From: an uncultured Gammaproteobacteria bacterium
GTDB lineage: Bacteria; Patescibacteriota; Patescibacteriia; UBA1558; 2-01-FULL-52-15
NCBI GenBank assembly: GCA_964360835.1
Contig: CAYHYG010000001.1
Location: 3,105 to 63,611, forward strand
Reading direction: 5' to 3'
DNA: 60,507 bases
A program made the position numbers and the translations under genes. The notes beneath the pieces were generated by a model. The model saw only the letters and a list, made by a program, of their open reading frames with translations. It was not told the DNA's origin and did no database searches. Position 1 is the stretch's first letter, and each line of letters starts with the position of its first letter. Below, one piece after another: positions 36,447 through 48,133 of the stretch.

Positions 36447-36932
36447 CTAAACTAGCCGAACAGAACTTAGCCGCTTACGCCTCCAGATAAATATAAGTCC
36501 AACAATAATGGCTACTGCATAAGTCACCAGCAACGAGCTAGGTCTGGTGTAATCAAACCAACCCATAATTTTGAAGTCTGAAACCGGCCAGAGAAACGGC
36601 GTCTTGTGAAATTGATGACTGATAATATCAAACAAAACGTGCAGTACCCACATAGTCAGGGGCCAGCACCATCGGCGTCGAATTAACGAGACAACCAGAA
36701 AAACTGCCAGCGCGGAGATTAATGAATGACTAGGATTGTACCAAGTCCAGAAATTCTGCTGGTAGAAATTATTAAAATAGGTAATGTCAACGAAACTAAG
36801 AGACAAAAAAATAATCTGGTACAAATCGGGTATCATCCCCCAAAACATATAGGGCCAGATTCTTCTGATTGACCAACCGGATCGTCGAGAACCGACGACC
36901 GCTGAGATATAACCGTGAATAATTGGATCCAT
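36447..36932 (-). CDS. membrane protein, possibly DUF457/YdjM-like metal-dependent hydrolase
   Basis: MDPIIHGYIS start, about 4 TM segments and several His residues; the family call is tentative. Confidence 0.5.
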   Translation of the reverse strand: MDPIIHGYISAVVGSRRSGWSIRRIWPYMFWGMIPDLYQIIFLSLSFVDITYFNNFYQQNFWTWYNPSHSLISALAVFLVVSLIRRRWCWPLTMWVLHVLFDIISHQFHKTPFLWPVSDFKIMGWFDYTRPSSLLVTYAVAIIVGLIFIWRRKRLSSVRLV

Positions 36933-36951
36933 TGTAGTCTGTCATTAGCAT

Positions 36952-36987
36952 CTCCGTAGGGACAACTCTAGAGTTGTCCCTACGGAG
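36952..36987. repeat. GTAGGGACA-family palindrome, copy 3
   Basis: Perfect 36-nt palindrome CTCCGTAGGGACAACTCTAGAGTTGTCCCTACGGAG. Confidence 0.9.
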
Positions 36988-37021
36988 TGTCCACTACAAA
37001 TGATTCGCAATGACGATAAAA

Positions 37022-39082
<2,061 letters not shown>

Positions 39083-39160
39083 TTACTAAGGTCAAAATAC
39101 CGCCAAAACTGCCTCAATGATAGCATATTTAGCGGCTTTAAACAAGCACTTTTATGGACC

Positions 39161-39188
39161 AAAAAGAGGGCTAAAAAGCCCTTTTTTT
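39161..39188. terminator. terminator between pheT and gyrB
   Basis: AAAAAGAGGGC-taaaaa-GCCCTTTTTTT. Confidence 0.65.
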
Positions 39189-39199
39189 GACTGAATATA

Positions 39200-41626
39200 T
39201 TACCGCTGTTGAGCGGCGAATTTTTGCTCCAGATTGTTCATGATAGTCCGCAGGAAGTCATCAACCTCCCGCGAATCTAGTGTTCTATCATGACTACGAA
39301 AAGTCAGAGAAAAAGCCAGGGAACGTTTGCCGACGCCCAACTTGGCTGACTGATAGACATCAAATAATTGAACTTCCTGAATCAGAGGGGTGCTGCCGGT
39401 TATTTCGGCTTGAATCTTGGACCAGGAAATACTTTCGTCCAGAACAATAGCTAAATCGCGAATGACTGGTGGGAATTTGGGAAAGGCAGAAAAAATCCGA
39501 CTCTGATTGGCATGCTTGACCAATTTGGCAAAATTTAACTCCCACCAAACCACCGCCTTAGTCTCCGGCAGATACTTCTGTCTCAGATCATCTCGCAACA
39601 AACCGAAGAAAGCAAATTTCTGATCATAAGCTTTGACAATCTGCCGCTTAGAACTGAAAGAATTCTCTTCGCCAATATATGCATACTCAATCCCGTACTG
39701 GCTCAAAATGTGTTCGATGAATCCTTTAACCTGCAAATACAGACTCTCTGCGTCTTGGGTAGAGCTGACTGAAACGCCGGCCAAAAATTTTGATTGATTG
39801 GGTAAATAACTAGAACCTTCCGGATCAGTAGCATACTCTCCCGGCTCATCCTTGTAGACACGCCCCATTTCAAATAGCTTAAATTCCTTGGACCAACGCA
39901 AATTTTCCTCGACTTTCTGCAACAATCCTGGCAATAAAGAAGTCCGCAGTGTTGTCTGATCGGCACTAATAGCATTAGCTACTTCAATACTTTGCTTGGT
40001 ATCGAGACCAAGGTGGTCTGTCCACTGCAGCCAGGCAAAGGAATAGTTGTAAACTTCATAATACCCACCATTCAAAGCACAGATATCTTTGAGTTGTCTC
40101 TCTAACAATAACTCTGTCTGACGTTCGGGTTGTTGTAATTGCACCAGAGGCAGTTGGGCTGGGATGGCATCGTAGCCATAGATACGGGCTACTTCCTCGA
40201 CGAGGTCCTCAGCAATACTGATATCCTTGGTGGCGCGCCATGATGGTACTGTGACCTGCCACTGTTTCTTGGCAGAAGTCACGCCAAAATGTAGACGGTG
40301 TAAAATATCTTTGATTTGCTTATCCGTGATAGCTGTACCAATGACCCTAGTAAATAAATCCTTACTAACGGTAATATGACCTTTACGCTCGGGTGCTTGA
40401 TTGATATCAATCAAAGGACCAGTAACTCGGGCCTCCGGTGCCAGACGCTTCAACAAACTAACTGCCAATTTCAGGCATTCCATGGTCAATGTCGGATCCA
40501 GAGACTTCTCGTAGCGAGCGGAAGCATCAGTACGTAAACCCAAGGCCACTGAAGCTGTGCGGACAGTTGTAGCTTTAAAATTAGCTGCTGTCAGCAATAT
40601 GCGCTTGGTCTCAGGACGAATCTGTGAACTCTGACCACCGATAATTCCGGCTATATCAAGTTTCTTTTCCTCGTCAGCGAATACTAGCGTCCCCGGCTGT
40701 AGTGTATACTCCAGATCGTTCAAAGTTTTGACCTTCTCGGCTTTCTTGACCGGACGGACAGAAATTTTACCTTTGATCCGATCATAATCAAAAGCATGCA
40801 TCGGATGTCCAACTTCTAACATGACATAATTAGTGATATCTACCACGGTGTTGACAGATCGCAAGCCCACAGCTTCTAGGCGCTGGCGTAGCCACCAGGG
40901 TGAGGGTCCGACTTCAAAATTATCAATCAAAATAGCAGAGCAACGATAGCAGTCTTTGGTTTCCACAGACAGTTTGAGAGATTTTTCCTTGGCCTCCACT
41001 GTAATGTCTGGGTATCTGGCGGGTTTAAATCTAACATCGAAAACTGCCGCTAATTCCCGAGCCAGACCATAATGACCCCAGAGATCCGGACGATGAGTCA
41101 TGGATTTATTATCAATTTCGATAATAGTGTCATCCAAACCCAAGGCCGCAGATAGTGGTTGTCCGACGCGTGCCGTCAGTGAACTAAGATCAATAATCTC
41201 GTGATCATCTGCTGCTGGAAATAATTGCTCGAGCCCGATCTCTGTGGCGGCTACGATCATGCCAAAACTTTTCTGTCCGCGGATCGTCGCTTCTTGCAAG
41301 GTAATCAGATCGCCTTCACCGTGCCAACGAACCTGTGAGCCGACAGTTGCTACTGCAACCAACATGCCTTGGCGCAAATTGGAACCGCCACAGACAATCT
41401 GTACGATTTCCTTGCCGATATCCGTCTGACAAATCCAAAGTCTGTCCGCCTGAGGGTGCTTGACCAACTCTTTGATCCGACCGACGACAATTCCTTCAAG
41501 CGCCGTGGCTTGTTCGTGGATACCCTCCACCTCAACAGTGGACATAGTAATCTTTAAAGCCAAATCTTTAATCGGAACTTCCGGCAAGGCGGTAAACTTT
41601 TTGATCCAATTAAGCGAAATTAACAT
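39200..41626 (-). CDS. pheT: phenylalanyl-tRNA synthetase beta subunit
   Basis: N-terminal tRNA-binding domain, B3/4, B5 and FDX-ACB domains by length and motifs; follows pheS. Confidence 0.94.
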   Translation of the reverse strand: MLISLNWIKKFTALPEVPIKDLALKITMSTVEVEGIHEQATALEGIVVGRIKELVKHPQADRLWICQTDIGKEIVQIVCGGSNLRQGMLVAVATVGSQVRWHGEGDLITLQEATIRGQKSFGMIVAATEIGLEQLFPAADDHEIIDLSSLTARVGQPLSAALGLDDTIIEIDNKSMTHRPDLWGHYGLARELAAVFDVRFKPARYPDITVEAKEKSLKLSVETKDCYRCSAILIDNFEVGPSPWWLRQRLEAVGLRSVNTVVDITNYVMLEVGHPMHAFDYDRIKGKISVRPVKKAEKVKTLNDLEYTLQPGTLVFADEEKKLDIAGIIGGQSSQIRPETKRILLTAANFKATTVRTASVALGLRTDASARYEKSLDPTLTMECLKLAVSLLKRLAPEARVTGPLIDINQAPERKGHITVSKDLFTRVIGTAITDKQIKDILHRLHFGVTSAKKQWQVTVPSWRATKDISIAEDLVEEVARIYGYDAIPAQLPLVQLQQPERQTELLLERQLKDICALNGGYYEVYNYSFAWLQWTDHLGLDTKQSIEVANAISADQTTLRTSLLPGLLQKVEENLRWSKEFKLFEMGRVYKDEPGEYATDPEGSSYLPNQSKFLAGVSVSSTQDAESLYLQVKGFIEHILSQYGIEYAYIGEENSFSSKRQIVKAYDQKFAFFGLLRDDLRQKYLPETKAVVWWELNFAKLVKHANQSRIFSAFPKFPPVIRDLAIVLDESISWSKIQAEITGSTPLIQEVQLFDVYQSAKLGVGKRSLAFSLTFRSHDRTLDSREVDDFLRTIMNNLEQKFAAQQR

Positions 41627-41630
41627 ACAT

Positions 41631-42638
41631 TTAAAATTGTTTCAGGAAACGAATATCACCAGACATCAGGAGGCGAACGTCATCTATACCGTATTTCATC
41701 ATGACTAGACGACTCAAACCAAGGCCAAAAGCAAAACCCGTGTATTGATCCGGATCGACACCGCCGGCACGTAAGACTTCGGGGTGAACCATGCCACAAG
41801 GAATAAGCTCTACCCAACCTGATTGTTTACAAACACTACAACCTTTGCCATCACAAATTAGACAGCGGATGTCCAGTTCAAATCCCGGTTCTACAAAAGG
41901 AAAAAATCCCTGTCTCAGACGAACTTGGACTTCGCGTTGAAAAATGCTCTGCAACAAAACCTTCATCACGGCCACCAAATTGGCAATGGAAATATTTTTA
42001 TCAACCATCAAGCCCTCCATCTGATAAAAGGTGTGTTCATGTGAAGCATCGGTAGCTTCATAGCGAAAACAACGACCCGGTACCACTCCCCGGAACGGTG
42101 CGCCAAATTTTTGCAAGGCTCTGACCTGCACAGGTGAGGTTTGTGTCCGCAATAAATTGCCATTTTTGAGCCAAAATGTATCCTGTATATCGCGCGCCGG
42201 ATGATCGGCCGGAATATTCAAAGCGGTGAAATTATAATATTCTGATTCGACATCAGGGCCATCTAGAACGCGAAAACCCATCTGACGAAAAATGTCTTCC
42301 AGCTGCCTCTGGACCACCGTATAAGGGTGTAGATGTCCAAAATCACTATGTCGTCCCGGCAATGATTCATCAAATGAACCTAGTAAGTCGACAGCAGTCG
42401 TCAGTCGTTGCTCCAAGTCTTCCAGTCGGCGACTGAAATCTTCTTTTAGCGCGTTAGCTAACTTACCAAGCTTGGGACGTTCCTCTTCAGCTATTTCTTT
42501 GACTGAACGCAAAAAACTAGTCAGCAAACCTTTGCGACCGATAAATCGCGTGCGCAACTCCTCGACTTCATCCTTGGATCGGATCTGTTCCAGCGCAGTC
42601 ATAAATTCTTTCTTGAGAGCTTGTAGTTTATTATCCAT
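41631..42638 (-). CDS. pheS: phenylalanyl-tRNA synthetase alpha subunit
   Basis: HPARDIQDTFW, FRYEATDASHEHTFYQMEG and GFAFGLGLSRL class II motifs. Confidence 0.96.
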   Translation of the reverse strand: MDNKLQALKKEFMTALEQIRSKDEVEELRTRFIGRKGLLTSFLRSVKEIAEEERPKLGKLANALKEDFSRRLEDLEQRLTTAVDLLGSFDESLPGRHSDFGHLHPYTVVQRQLEDIFRQMGFRVLDGPDVESEYYNFTALNIPADHPARDIQDTFWLKNGNLLRTQTSPVQVRALQKFGAPFRGVVPGRCFRYEATDASHEHTFYQMEGLMVDKNISIANLVAVMKVLLQSIFQREVQVRLRQGFFPFVEPGFELDIRCLICDGKGCSVCKQSGWVELIPCGMVHPEVLRAGGVDPDQYTGFAFGLGLSRLVMMKYGIDDVRLLMSGDIRFLKQF

Positions 42639-42639
42639 A

Positions 42640-43029
42640 TTAATTCAATTTTCTCTGAGACAACATAAGGAAGGTGACTTCAACTGAGATAAATAATACC
42701 ATGATCAGCAATATCAGCCACCAGCTCAATAAATTCTGCGATTGCAGAGCTAGAGCGATATTCAAGGCCAACGACCACCAAAGCCCTTGTCTAAAAGCGA
42801 TCGAAACTTTGTATCTGTGTGGGCGACGTGAACGGTACCAGAGCCACCGTACCACAAAACCCAGCAAGGTAAAAATCCCCAAAAGAGACAGAAACGAAGT
42901 TAAATAAAAAGCAATCAGACCACTAACCGGAGAAGCTGAGGGGTCAATAGTCATAATAACAAAAAACCAAGCACCCCAAGCAATGAGTGTGGCAATGGTC
43001 ATCAAAAACAAGTAAGAGCGTAACCCCAT
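42640..43029 (-). CDS. small integral membrane protein
   Basis: Four hydrophobic segments; no motif recognised. Confidence 0.55.
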   Translation of the reverse strand: MGLRSYLFLMTIATLIAWGAWFFVIMTIDPSASPVSGLIAFYLTSFLSLLGIFTLLGFVVRWLWYRSRRPHRYKVSIAFRQGLWWSLALNIALALQSQNLLSWWLILLIMVLFISVEVTFLMLSQRKLN

Positions 43030-43072
43030 GGCTTACAGAATAACAAAAATAGCCCTGAAAATCAAGCTAATA

Positions 43073-43369
43073 TTAGCTTATAAAACGCAGGCCGTGGAGC
43101 GCTTCAACTTCCATTTTACTATTAACGTTCTGGATTATTTCTTCTTGGCGCATCCGCAATTCCTGGGCCAATAATGGTGACAGGACAGCAATGCTCAATA
43201 TATGATCTTTAAGATACAGCGGTTTAATTCTATCCTTCATCTGCCCACGCCATAATTCCTCGACTGTCTCATCAAATACGTTCAAAACACGCGCTGCCTC
43301 GACTTGGTAGCGTAGGCCTTTTCTTTGCACGGTGTGTTGCAGCAATGATCCTAGGTCGTTGAAAGCCAT
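43073..43369 (-). CDS. DUF721-like (DciA-like) small protein
   Basis: Size and an overall pattern resembling DUF721 (QVEAARVLNVFDE...LSIAVLSPLLAQELRMRQEEII); tentative. Confidence 0.5.
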   Translation of the reverse strand: MAFNDLGSLLQHTVQRKGLRYQVEAARVLNVFDETVEELWRGQMKDRIKPLYLKDHILSIAVLSPLLAQELRMRQEEIIQNVNSKMEVEALHGLRFIS

Positions 43370-43465
43370 AATTTATTTTGATATAGCTATCATAGTATAG
43401 GTTGACTAATCTGCCAACAACTCTGTTGCCTGGCTGACAATAACAGATTATACTGAGGATATATT

Positions 43466-44731
43466 ATGGAAATGCGTTTTGAACTTGGTCTGCGTCAAAC
43501 GACGGAACAAAAATTGCACCATCGTTTATCACCAGAACAAAAAATTGAGCTCAAACAAAGATTAGCGCTTAGCTTAGAAACTGTCAGAGATGATACACCT
43601 GTGGACCCTGAGAATCTTCTAAACCTTGTATTGCAAGAGATCATCAATCAAGAAACTGATGAGCAGCTAAAAAATGGTTTCGCTGAATTATATGGCGATG
43701 AGCATTTCAGAGAGATGATCCTTACTCAATCCGATACACTGCTGAGGCCTAAAGAAAAATCGCTGAGAGATTTTGCTATTCTGTATCTCCACGAGAGTCA
43801 TGGCGGTAGCTTTACAATTGAGGAAGAAGGGACCAAGAGACAGTATAATGTGAGGGCGGCTAATCTTATCGATTATATAGATGACCCAAAAGAAGCTGAA
43901 AAAGAAATAGCTCGGATGGAGGATCTGATCCGCAGTAAGAGGATAGCAGATGATTCAGGTCTTATCCGAGAACACGGAGAATTACTTGATGCTAGAATGG
44001 TAGGCGAGGCAGCAGCTGATAGCGTAATAACTCTAGAAACGGCCTTGAGATATTCTTTACAGAAGATGGTCCGCGGAGAACCATTGCTTCGATCGTTTTT
44101 AGAAGACTATCATGTTCTAAAAAAACTTGATTTTGTGCTATCTGATCGTCTAATGAATCGTTTTGCTAGTGACTTGATCCGTGCCAGAGAAGATGATCGG
44201 GCTCAAAGATTTGAGAATGCCCTGTTGAATCGCGTTGGCGAGTATACGTTAATGAGTATGGGAATTATCGATCCTAAAATCTTTACTCTTCAACACCATG
44301 AAATTGACCAAGTCGAGAGATCCCGATTAGCAAAAGATCTACAAGCGGAAGGTTTAAACCTGCAAAGACTTGAGGAAAAATATAATTTACAAAGTTCTGG
44401 CACCCTTTTCTGGAATAGATATGCCATTGCTGGCCAAAAACCTGATAGAGTTACAGATGATACCTTACGTGATTTTATTACAGAAACCGTTCGTCGAGAC
44501 AGTGAAAAGATTTTGCAAGCACTCGACTGGAATACATTATTTAGCAAAATCCAATCCGACATAGCTGATATGAAAAAACAAGGTTCCGATAAAGAATCGA
44601 TCAAGGACTATCTGAGACAAAGCTGTGCCGAGTTACTATCAGAAGAAAAATTTTCCTCCGTGTTGAAAGAGTTAATTAAGGGACCCTGGCACGAAGCCCT
44701 TAAGATATTTTATCCCGAAACGAAAAAATAA
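43466..44731 (+). CDS. hypothetical 421-aa helical protein
   Basis: Upstream TTGCCT-17-TATACT and GAGGA. No domain recognised. The N-terminus (MRFELGLRQTTEQKLHHRLSPEQ) loosely recalls sigma-54 region I. Confidence 0.6.
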   Translation: MEMRFELGLRQTTEQKLHHRLSPEQKIELKQRLALSLETVRDDTPVDPENLLNLVLQEIINQETDEQLKNGFAELYGDEHFREMILTQSDTLLRPKEKSLRDFAILYLHESHGGSFTIEEEGTKRQYNVRAANLIDYIDDPKEAEKEIARMEDLIRSKRIADDSGLIREHGELLDARMVGEAAADSVITLETALRYSLQKMVRGEPLLRSFLEDYHVLKKLDFVLSDRLMNRFASDLIRAREDDRAQRFENALLNRVGEYTLMSMGIIDPKIFTLQHHEIDQVERSRLAKDLQAEGLNLQRLEEKYNLQSSGTLFWNRYAIAGQKPDRVTDDTLRDFITETVRRDSEKILQALDWNTLFSKIQSDIADMKKQGSDKESIKDYLRQSCAELLSEEKFSSVLKELIKGPWHEALKIFYPETKK

Positions 44732-44733
44732 CA

Positions 44734-47700
44734 TCACTTCTGCGCAAACGGACAAATCTGATTAAAATCGCAGTACTTGCAATGGTTTCCTGAGGTGGCC
44801 TGGAAATCGGATTTTTTCAGCCCTTCGGCAGTTTCCACAATCCAGTTTTTAACCTTTTGCAAATCTTCCTCTGAAGCTTGAAAAGCTAGTGGTTGATTGG
44901 CATCAAGATAATAAAACATTAGACTTTCTGTTTCGGCTTGAAATATATCTTTGGCTGCCAACTGATAGATCAACAACTGCTTCTTGTCATCGAAGGTCAA
45001 TTTCTCTTTTACCTTGCCGGTTTTGTAGTCAATAATACGCCAACGATCTTTATCTACCAGATCTACCCGATCTATAACACCGCGTATAGTATATTCCCCA
45101 ACTTTGACATTAAAACCTTTTTCCAAAAATAATGGCACTGGAATCTGAGATTCAATTTGCCTATAAAACTCCTTCAAAATTACTTTACCCTTTTCGTAAT
45201 ACTCTTTTTTGTGCGCCGAATCGAAAAACCAGTCATCCTGCCAGGCCGTTTCGTACATATCCATCAACTCCTTTAACGAGACCGATGGCTTGCCTTCCCC
45301 GACCCTCGACCCTGACCCAGTCTCAAATAACCCACCCTGCTCTCCCACACTACGACTCATCACAGCTGTGAAAAAAGATTGCAATGTCCGATGCATGGTC
45401 TGACCAAAAGAAAACACCGCGCTACCCTTGGCCGGTATCTTGATGACGTGAGCGTAATAATACTGCAACGGACAAGTTTCGAAGGCTTTCAACTGAGTGA
45501 ATGATAGTTTGGCCGGTAGCCGGTAACTAGTAGCCAGTAACTTATTTTTTCTTACTTCTTCTAACTCTTTACTCTTCATCATTATATCCTTATTGACTGG
45601 TTCCAATTGATGGCTTTCAACCTTTAACTCTTCTAAAAACCTCGAGGGCTTGCGTTTCTTGACACCACCGTAATCTTCGGCCAAAGTCAAAAATACTTTT
45701 TGTTTGGCGCGTGTCAAAGCCACATACATCAGACGACGTTCTTCTTGTAAATGCGCGTCTCCCTCTGGTAAAACGTCCTTGATCAGTTCATCGGGTATTT
45801 CTATAGGATCACCGCGTTCAATGGATGGGAAGCGCAAATGAACCAGGCCAACGATAAAGACATAATTAAACTCCAAACCCTTGGAACCATGGATCGTCAT
45901 TATTTTGACTGTATCTGGACCCTCCTCGATATCTTGAGACATTTTGCCAGCCTCACCTGATTCCAACTCCAGATTGATATATTCTACAAACTGATGAATG
46001 CTACTGCCGAGATTCTCATCCTCCCAAGTGCGAATTTTCTTATAAAATTGATTTAATAATAGAAGCTGTTCTCTGCTTTCTGCTGATTCCTCTATAGTCA
46101 ACCATTTCAGATAGCCCGAATCCTCCAAAAAATGATAGACGATCGCCGAAACCGTTTGTTGCTGAGCTTGCTCTTTGTGTTTATCTAGATCATTGATAAT
46201 TTTGGTCACTCCTGTAAGGCCATTGGCTGAAAGCTGTATATGACCGTGATAATTCTTGAGAGCATAATACAAGCTCCAGCTCTTACGGTTGGCTAGATGC
46301 GCCAGATTAACCACATCCTCATGCGCCAGATTGTAAAATGGCAAGGAAATAATTTTGTATAAGCTCGGTGATTCATGATAATTATCCAGAAGCTTCAGGT
46401 AATTCAAAATATTTAAAATAATTTCTTGGGTATAGAGACCCTTTGCCGCTACGAATTGATGTGGCACGCCGACCTGCCGAAAGAAGCGGACAAACTTTTG
46501 CGCTTGTTCATTATTACGACTGAGGATAGCCACGTCGCTCCATGAAAAAGGTTCCGGTAACCTAGTATCAGTAACCAGAGTTTCATCGTTGAGGTCCTGG
46601 TTACTAGTTACTAGTTTCTGATTACTATTCTTAATATTCAAAATTTCTTCTAACACGCCGCGTACTTCATCTTCCGATGTAGCATACTGTTTGACTATGA
46701 CTTCCCCTGCCTGATCAGAATGCGATATTAATTTTTTACTCAACTTTTTGCCATCGCGTTTGACGCGACCCCTAGCTAATTTAACCTCTAATCTGTCGGG
46801 ATTATTTAACTGAATAAATTGATAGGCTGAATCCAAAATAGTCTGTCCGCTACGATAATTATCAGTTAGATAAATTTCTCCAGCTTTGGGAAAATCTTTC
46901 TTGAACGCTAAAATATTGGAAACAGACGCTCCTCGGAATTTATAAATAGCCTGATCATCATCGCCTACTACCATAATATTTTGCTCCGGCCCGACTAATA
47001 GTTTTATCAATTCATACTGAGCCCAATTGGTATCCTGAAACTCGTCAACCAAAATATATTTAAATCGCTGTTGGTACAGATCCCGTAGTCTTGGCCGCTT
47101 TTGAAATAATTGCAGACAATAATTAATCAGGTCTCCGAAGTCTAGAGCGTTTTTTTCTAATAATAACTGCTGATAAGTATGGTAGGCATTGGCCACTTCA
47201 TTCAGTCGATCTATCTCCTGTGTCATGTCAGTCTGAAGCTCCGGCGAAGCGGGTCGAAGAGTGCTTTTTTTGCTTTTGTTTGATTTTGCAGTTTTGTCGC
47301 CCGTCACATCGGTATCTAACTTTAACTCTTCTGCGTATTTCAAATAATCGTCGGGATAGATTGCCTCATCTTTACAACGAGAAAAATGATTAATCAGGGC
47401 GTGAATAAAGCTGGTCGGATTACCCAATGGACGATAATAATCCAAATTGAATTTGTTCAAATTTTCACGCACCAACATCCAAGAGGAAGTCTGATCTAGA
47501 ACTTTGAATTCCTTGGGCAGGCCAATTTCCAGAGCGTGCTGTTTGAGAATCTTTCCAGCAAAGGCATGAAAGGTTTGAATCCAGAGATCAACGTACCCTA
47601 GGGGTAACAATTTATCCACCCGCTCTTCCATTTCTCCGGCTGCCTTGTCGGTAAAGGTTAGGGCCAAAATTTCATCGGGCTTAGCCAAACCTTTTTCGAT

Positions 47701-47826
47701 CAACCAAGCAATTCGTTGGGTAATTACCGTTGTTTTACCAGTACCAGCGCCAGCGACCAAAATAAGCGGTCCAGATGGGTGCTGGACAGCCAGTTGTTGG
47801 TTGGGATTGAGCTGAGAAATATCCAT
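44734..47826 (-). CDS. UvrD/PcrA-type helicase fused to a C-terminal PD-(D/E)xK nuclease with a 4-Cys (Cas4/AddB-like) cluster
   Basis: GAGTGKTT Walker A, DEFQDT, TIHGSKGLEF and VALTRAK; C-terminal CPLQYYY, IDYKTGK and CKYCDFNQIC. Confidence 0.88.
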   Translation of the reverse strand: MDISQLNPNQQLAVQHPSGPLILVAGAGTGKTTVITQRIAWLIEKGLAKPDEILALTFTDKAAGEMEERVDKLLPLGYVDLWIQTFHAFAGKILKQHALEIGLPKEFKVLDQTSSWMLVRENLNKFNLDYYRPLGNPTSFIHALINHFSRCKDEAIYPDDYLKYAEELKLDTDVTGDKTAKSNKSKKSTLRPASPELQTDMTQEIDRLNEVANAYHTYQQLLLEKNALDFGDLINYCLQLFQKRPRLRDLYQQRFKYILVDEFQDTNWAQYELIKLLVGPEQNIMVVGDDDQAIYKFRGASVSNILAFKKDFPKAGEIYLTDNYRSGQTILDSAYQFIQLNNPDRLEVKLARGRVKRDGKKLSKKLISHSDQAGEVIVKQYATSEDEVRGVLEEILNIKNSNQKLVTSNQDLNDETLVTDTRLPEPFSWSDVAILSRNNEQAQKFVRFFRQVGVPHQFVAAKGLYTQEIILNILNYLKLLDNYHESPSLYKIISLPFYNLAHEDVVNLAHLANRKSWSLYYALKNYHGHIQLSANGLTGVTKIINDLDKHKEQAQQQTVSAIVYHFLEDSGYLKWLTIEESAESREQLLLLNQFYKKIRTWEDENLGSSIHQFVEYINLELESGEAGKMSQDIEEGPDTVKIMTIHGSKGLEFNYVFIVGLVHLRFPSIERGDPIEIPDELIKDVLPEGDAHLQEERRLMYVALTRAKQKVFLTLAEDYGGVKKRKPSRFLEELKVESHQLEPVNKDIMMKSKELEEVRKNKLLATSYRLPAKLSFTQLKAFETCPLQYYYAHVIKIPAKGSAVFSFGQTMHRTLQSFFTAVMSRSVGEQGGLFETGSGSRVGEGKPSVSLKELMDMYETAWQDDWFFDSAHKKEYYEKGKVILKEFYRQIESQIPVPLFLEKGFNVKVGEYTIRGVIDRVDLVDKDRWRIIDYKTGKVKEKLTFDDKKQLLIYQLAAKDIFQAETESLMFYYLDANQPLAFQASEEDLQKVKNWIVETAEGLKKSDFQATSGNHCKYCDFNQICPFAQK
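45515..45541. repeat. heptamer array (GGTAGCC GGTAACT AGTAGCC AGTAACT) inside the helicase CDS
   Basis: Four 7-nt units, read in frame as ...LLATSYRLPA... Confidence 0.75.
46556..46627. repeat. GTAAC/GTTAC inverted heptamer element inside the helicase CDS
   Basis: GGTAACCTAGTATCAGTAACCAG-18 nt-CTGGTTACTAGTTACTAGTTTCTGATTAC. Same GTAACCAG...CTGGTTAC core as the rplK-rplA copy; read in frame as NSNQKLVTSNQDLNDETLVTDTRLP. Confidence 0.8.
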
Positions 47827-47861
47827 AGTGTGGGGCTATTGTAGCAACCAACATCAAAAAG

Positions 47862-47888
47862 AAAAGCCCCTAATGAAACGGGGCTTTT
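47862..47888. terminator. bidirectional terminator after the small Cys-rich gene
   Basis: AAAAGCCCC-9 nt-GGGGCTTTT; the stop codon (47870-72) lies in the loop. Confidence 0.75.
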
Positions 47889-48040
47889 TGATTCGGCTCC
47901 TTGTGACCGGTTTGGCGAAAATGCTCCCGCAAATCAGTCGAGCAGAATGGCTGCTCGCACTGAGGGCAAAAACAGCTCGACTCGGCGCCACATTTGGCTG
48001 AACATGGTGTAACCTCGAAAATCTTGACTGCTTTCTTCAA
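47870..48040 (-). CDS. 56-aa Cys-rich (6 Cys) small protein
   Basis: TTG start 6 nt after GGAGG (48051-48047). C-x3-C-x6-C-x-C-x2-C-x4-C pattern. The longer track start (48103) is the -35 box itself. Confidence 0.5.
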   Translation of the reverse strand: MKKAVKIFEVTPCSAKCGAESSCFCPQCEQPFCSTDLREHFRQTGHKEPNQKAPFH

Positions 48041-48074
48041 GACACACCTCCATGTTGATGTACAAAAGAGATAT

Positions 48075-48103
48075 ATACTAGTAATAGAAGCTCCTTTTGT
48101 CAA
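48075..48103 (-). promoter_or_regulatory. sigma70-like promoter of the Cys-rich gene
   Basis: On the minus strand: TTGACA (48103-48098), 17-nt spacer, TAGTAT (48080-48075). Directly follows the preceding terminator tail. Confidence 0.55.
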
Positions 48104-48105
48104 TT

Positions 48106-48133
48106 AAAAAGGCCGGCTCCTTTCGGGCCGGCC
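48106..48133 (-). terminator. intrinsic terminator
   Basis: On the minus strand: GGCCGGC-CC-GAAA-GG-A-GCCGGCC followed by TTTTT. Confidence 0.8.

Noticed and set aside
47870-48103. Full-length 77-aa version of the Cys-rich ORF, and the 57254 start of ORF 57254..57580.
   Set aside because: Both 'starts' are the TTG of a TTGACA -35 box. Internal TTG starts at 48040 and 57368 sit at proper distance from GGAGG boxes.
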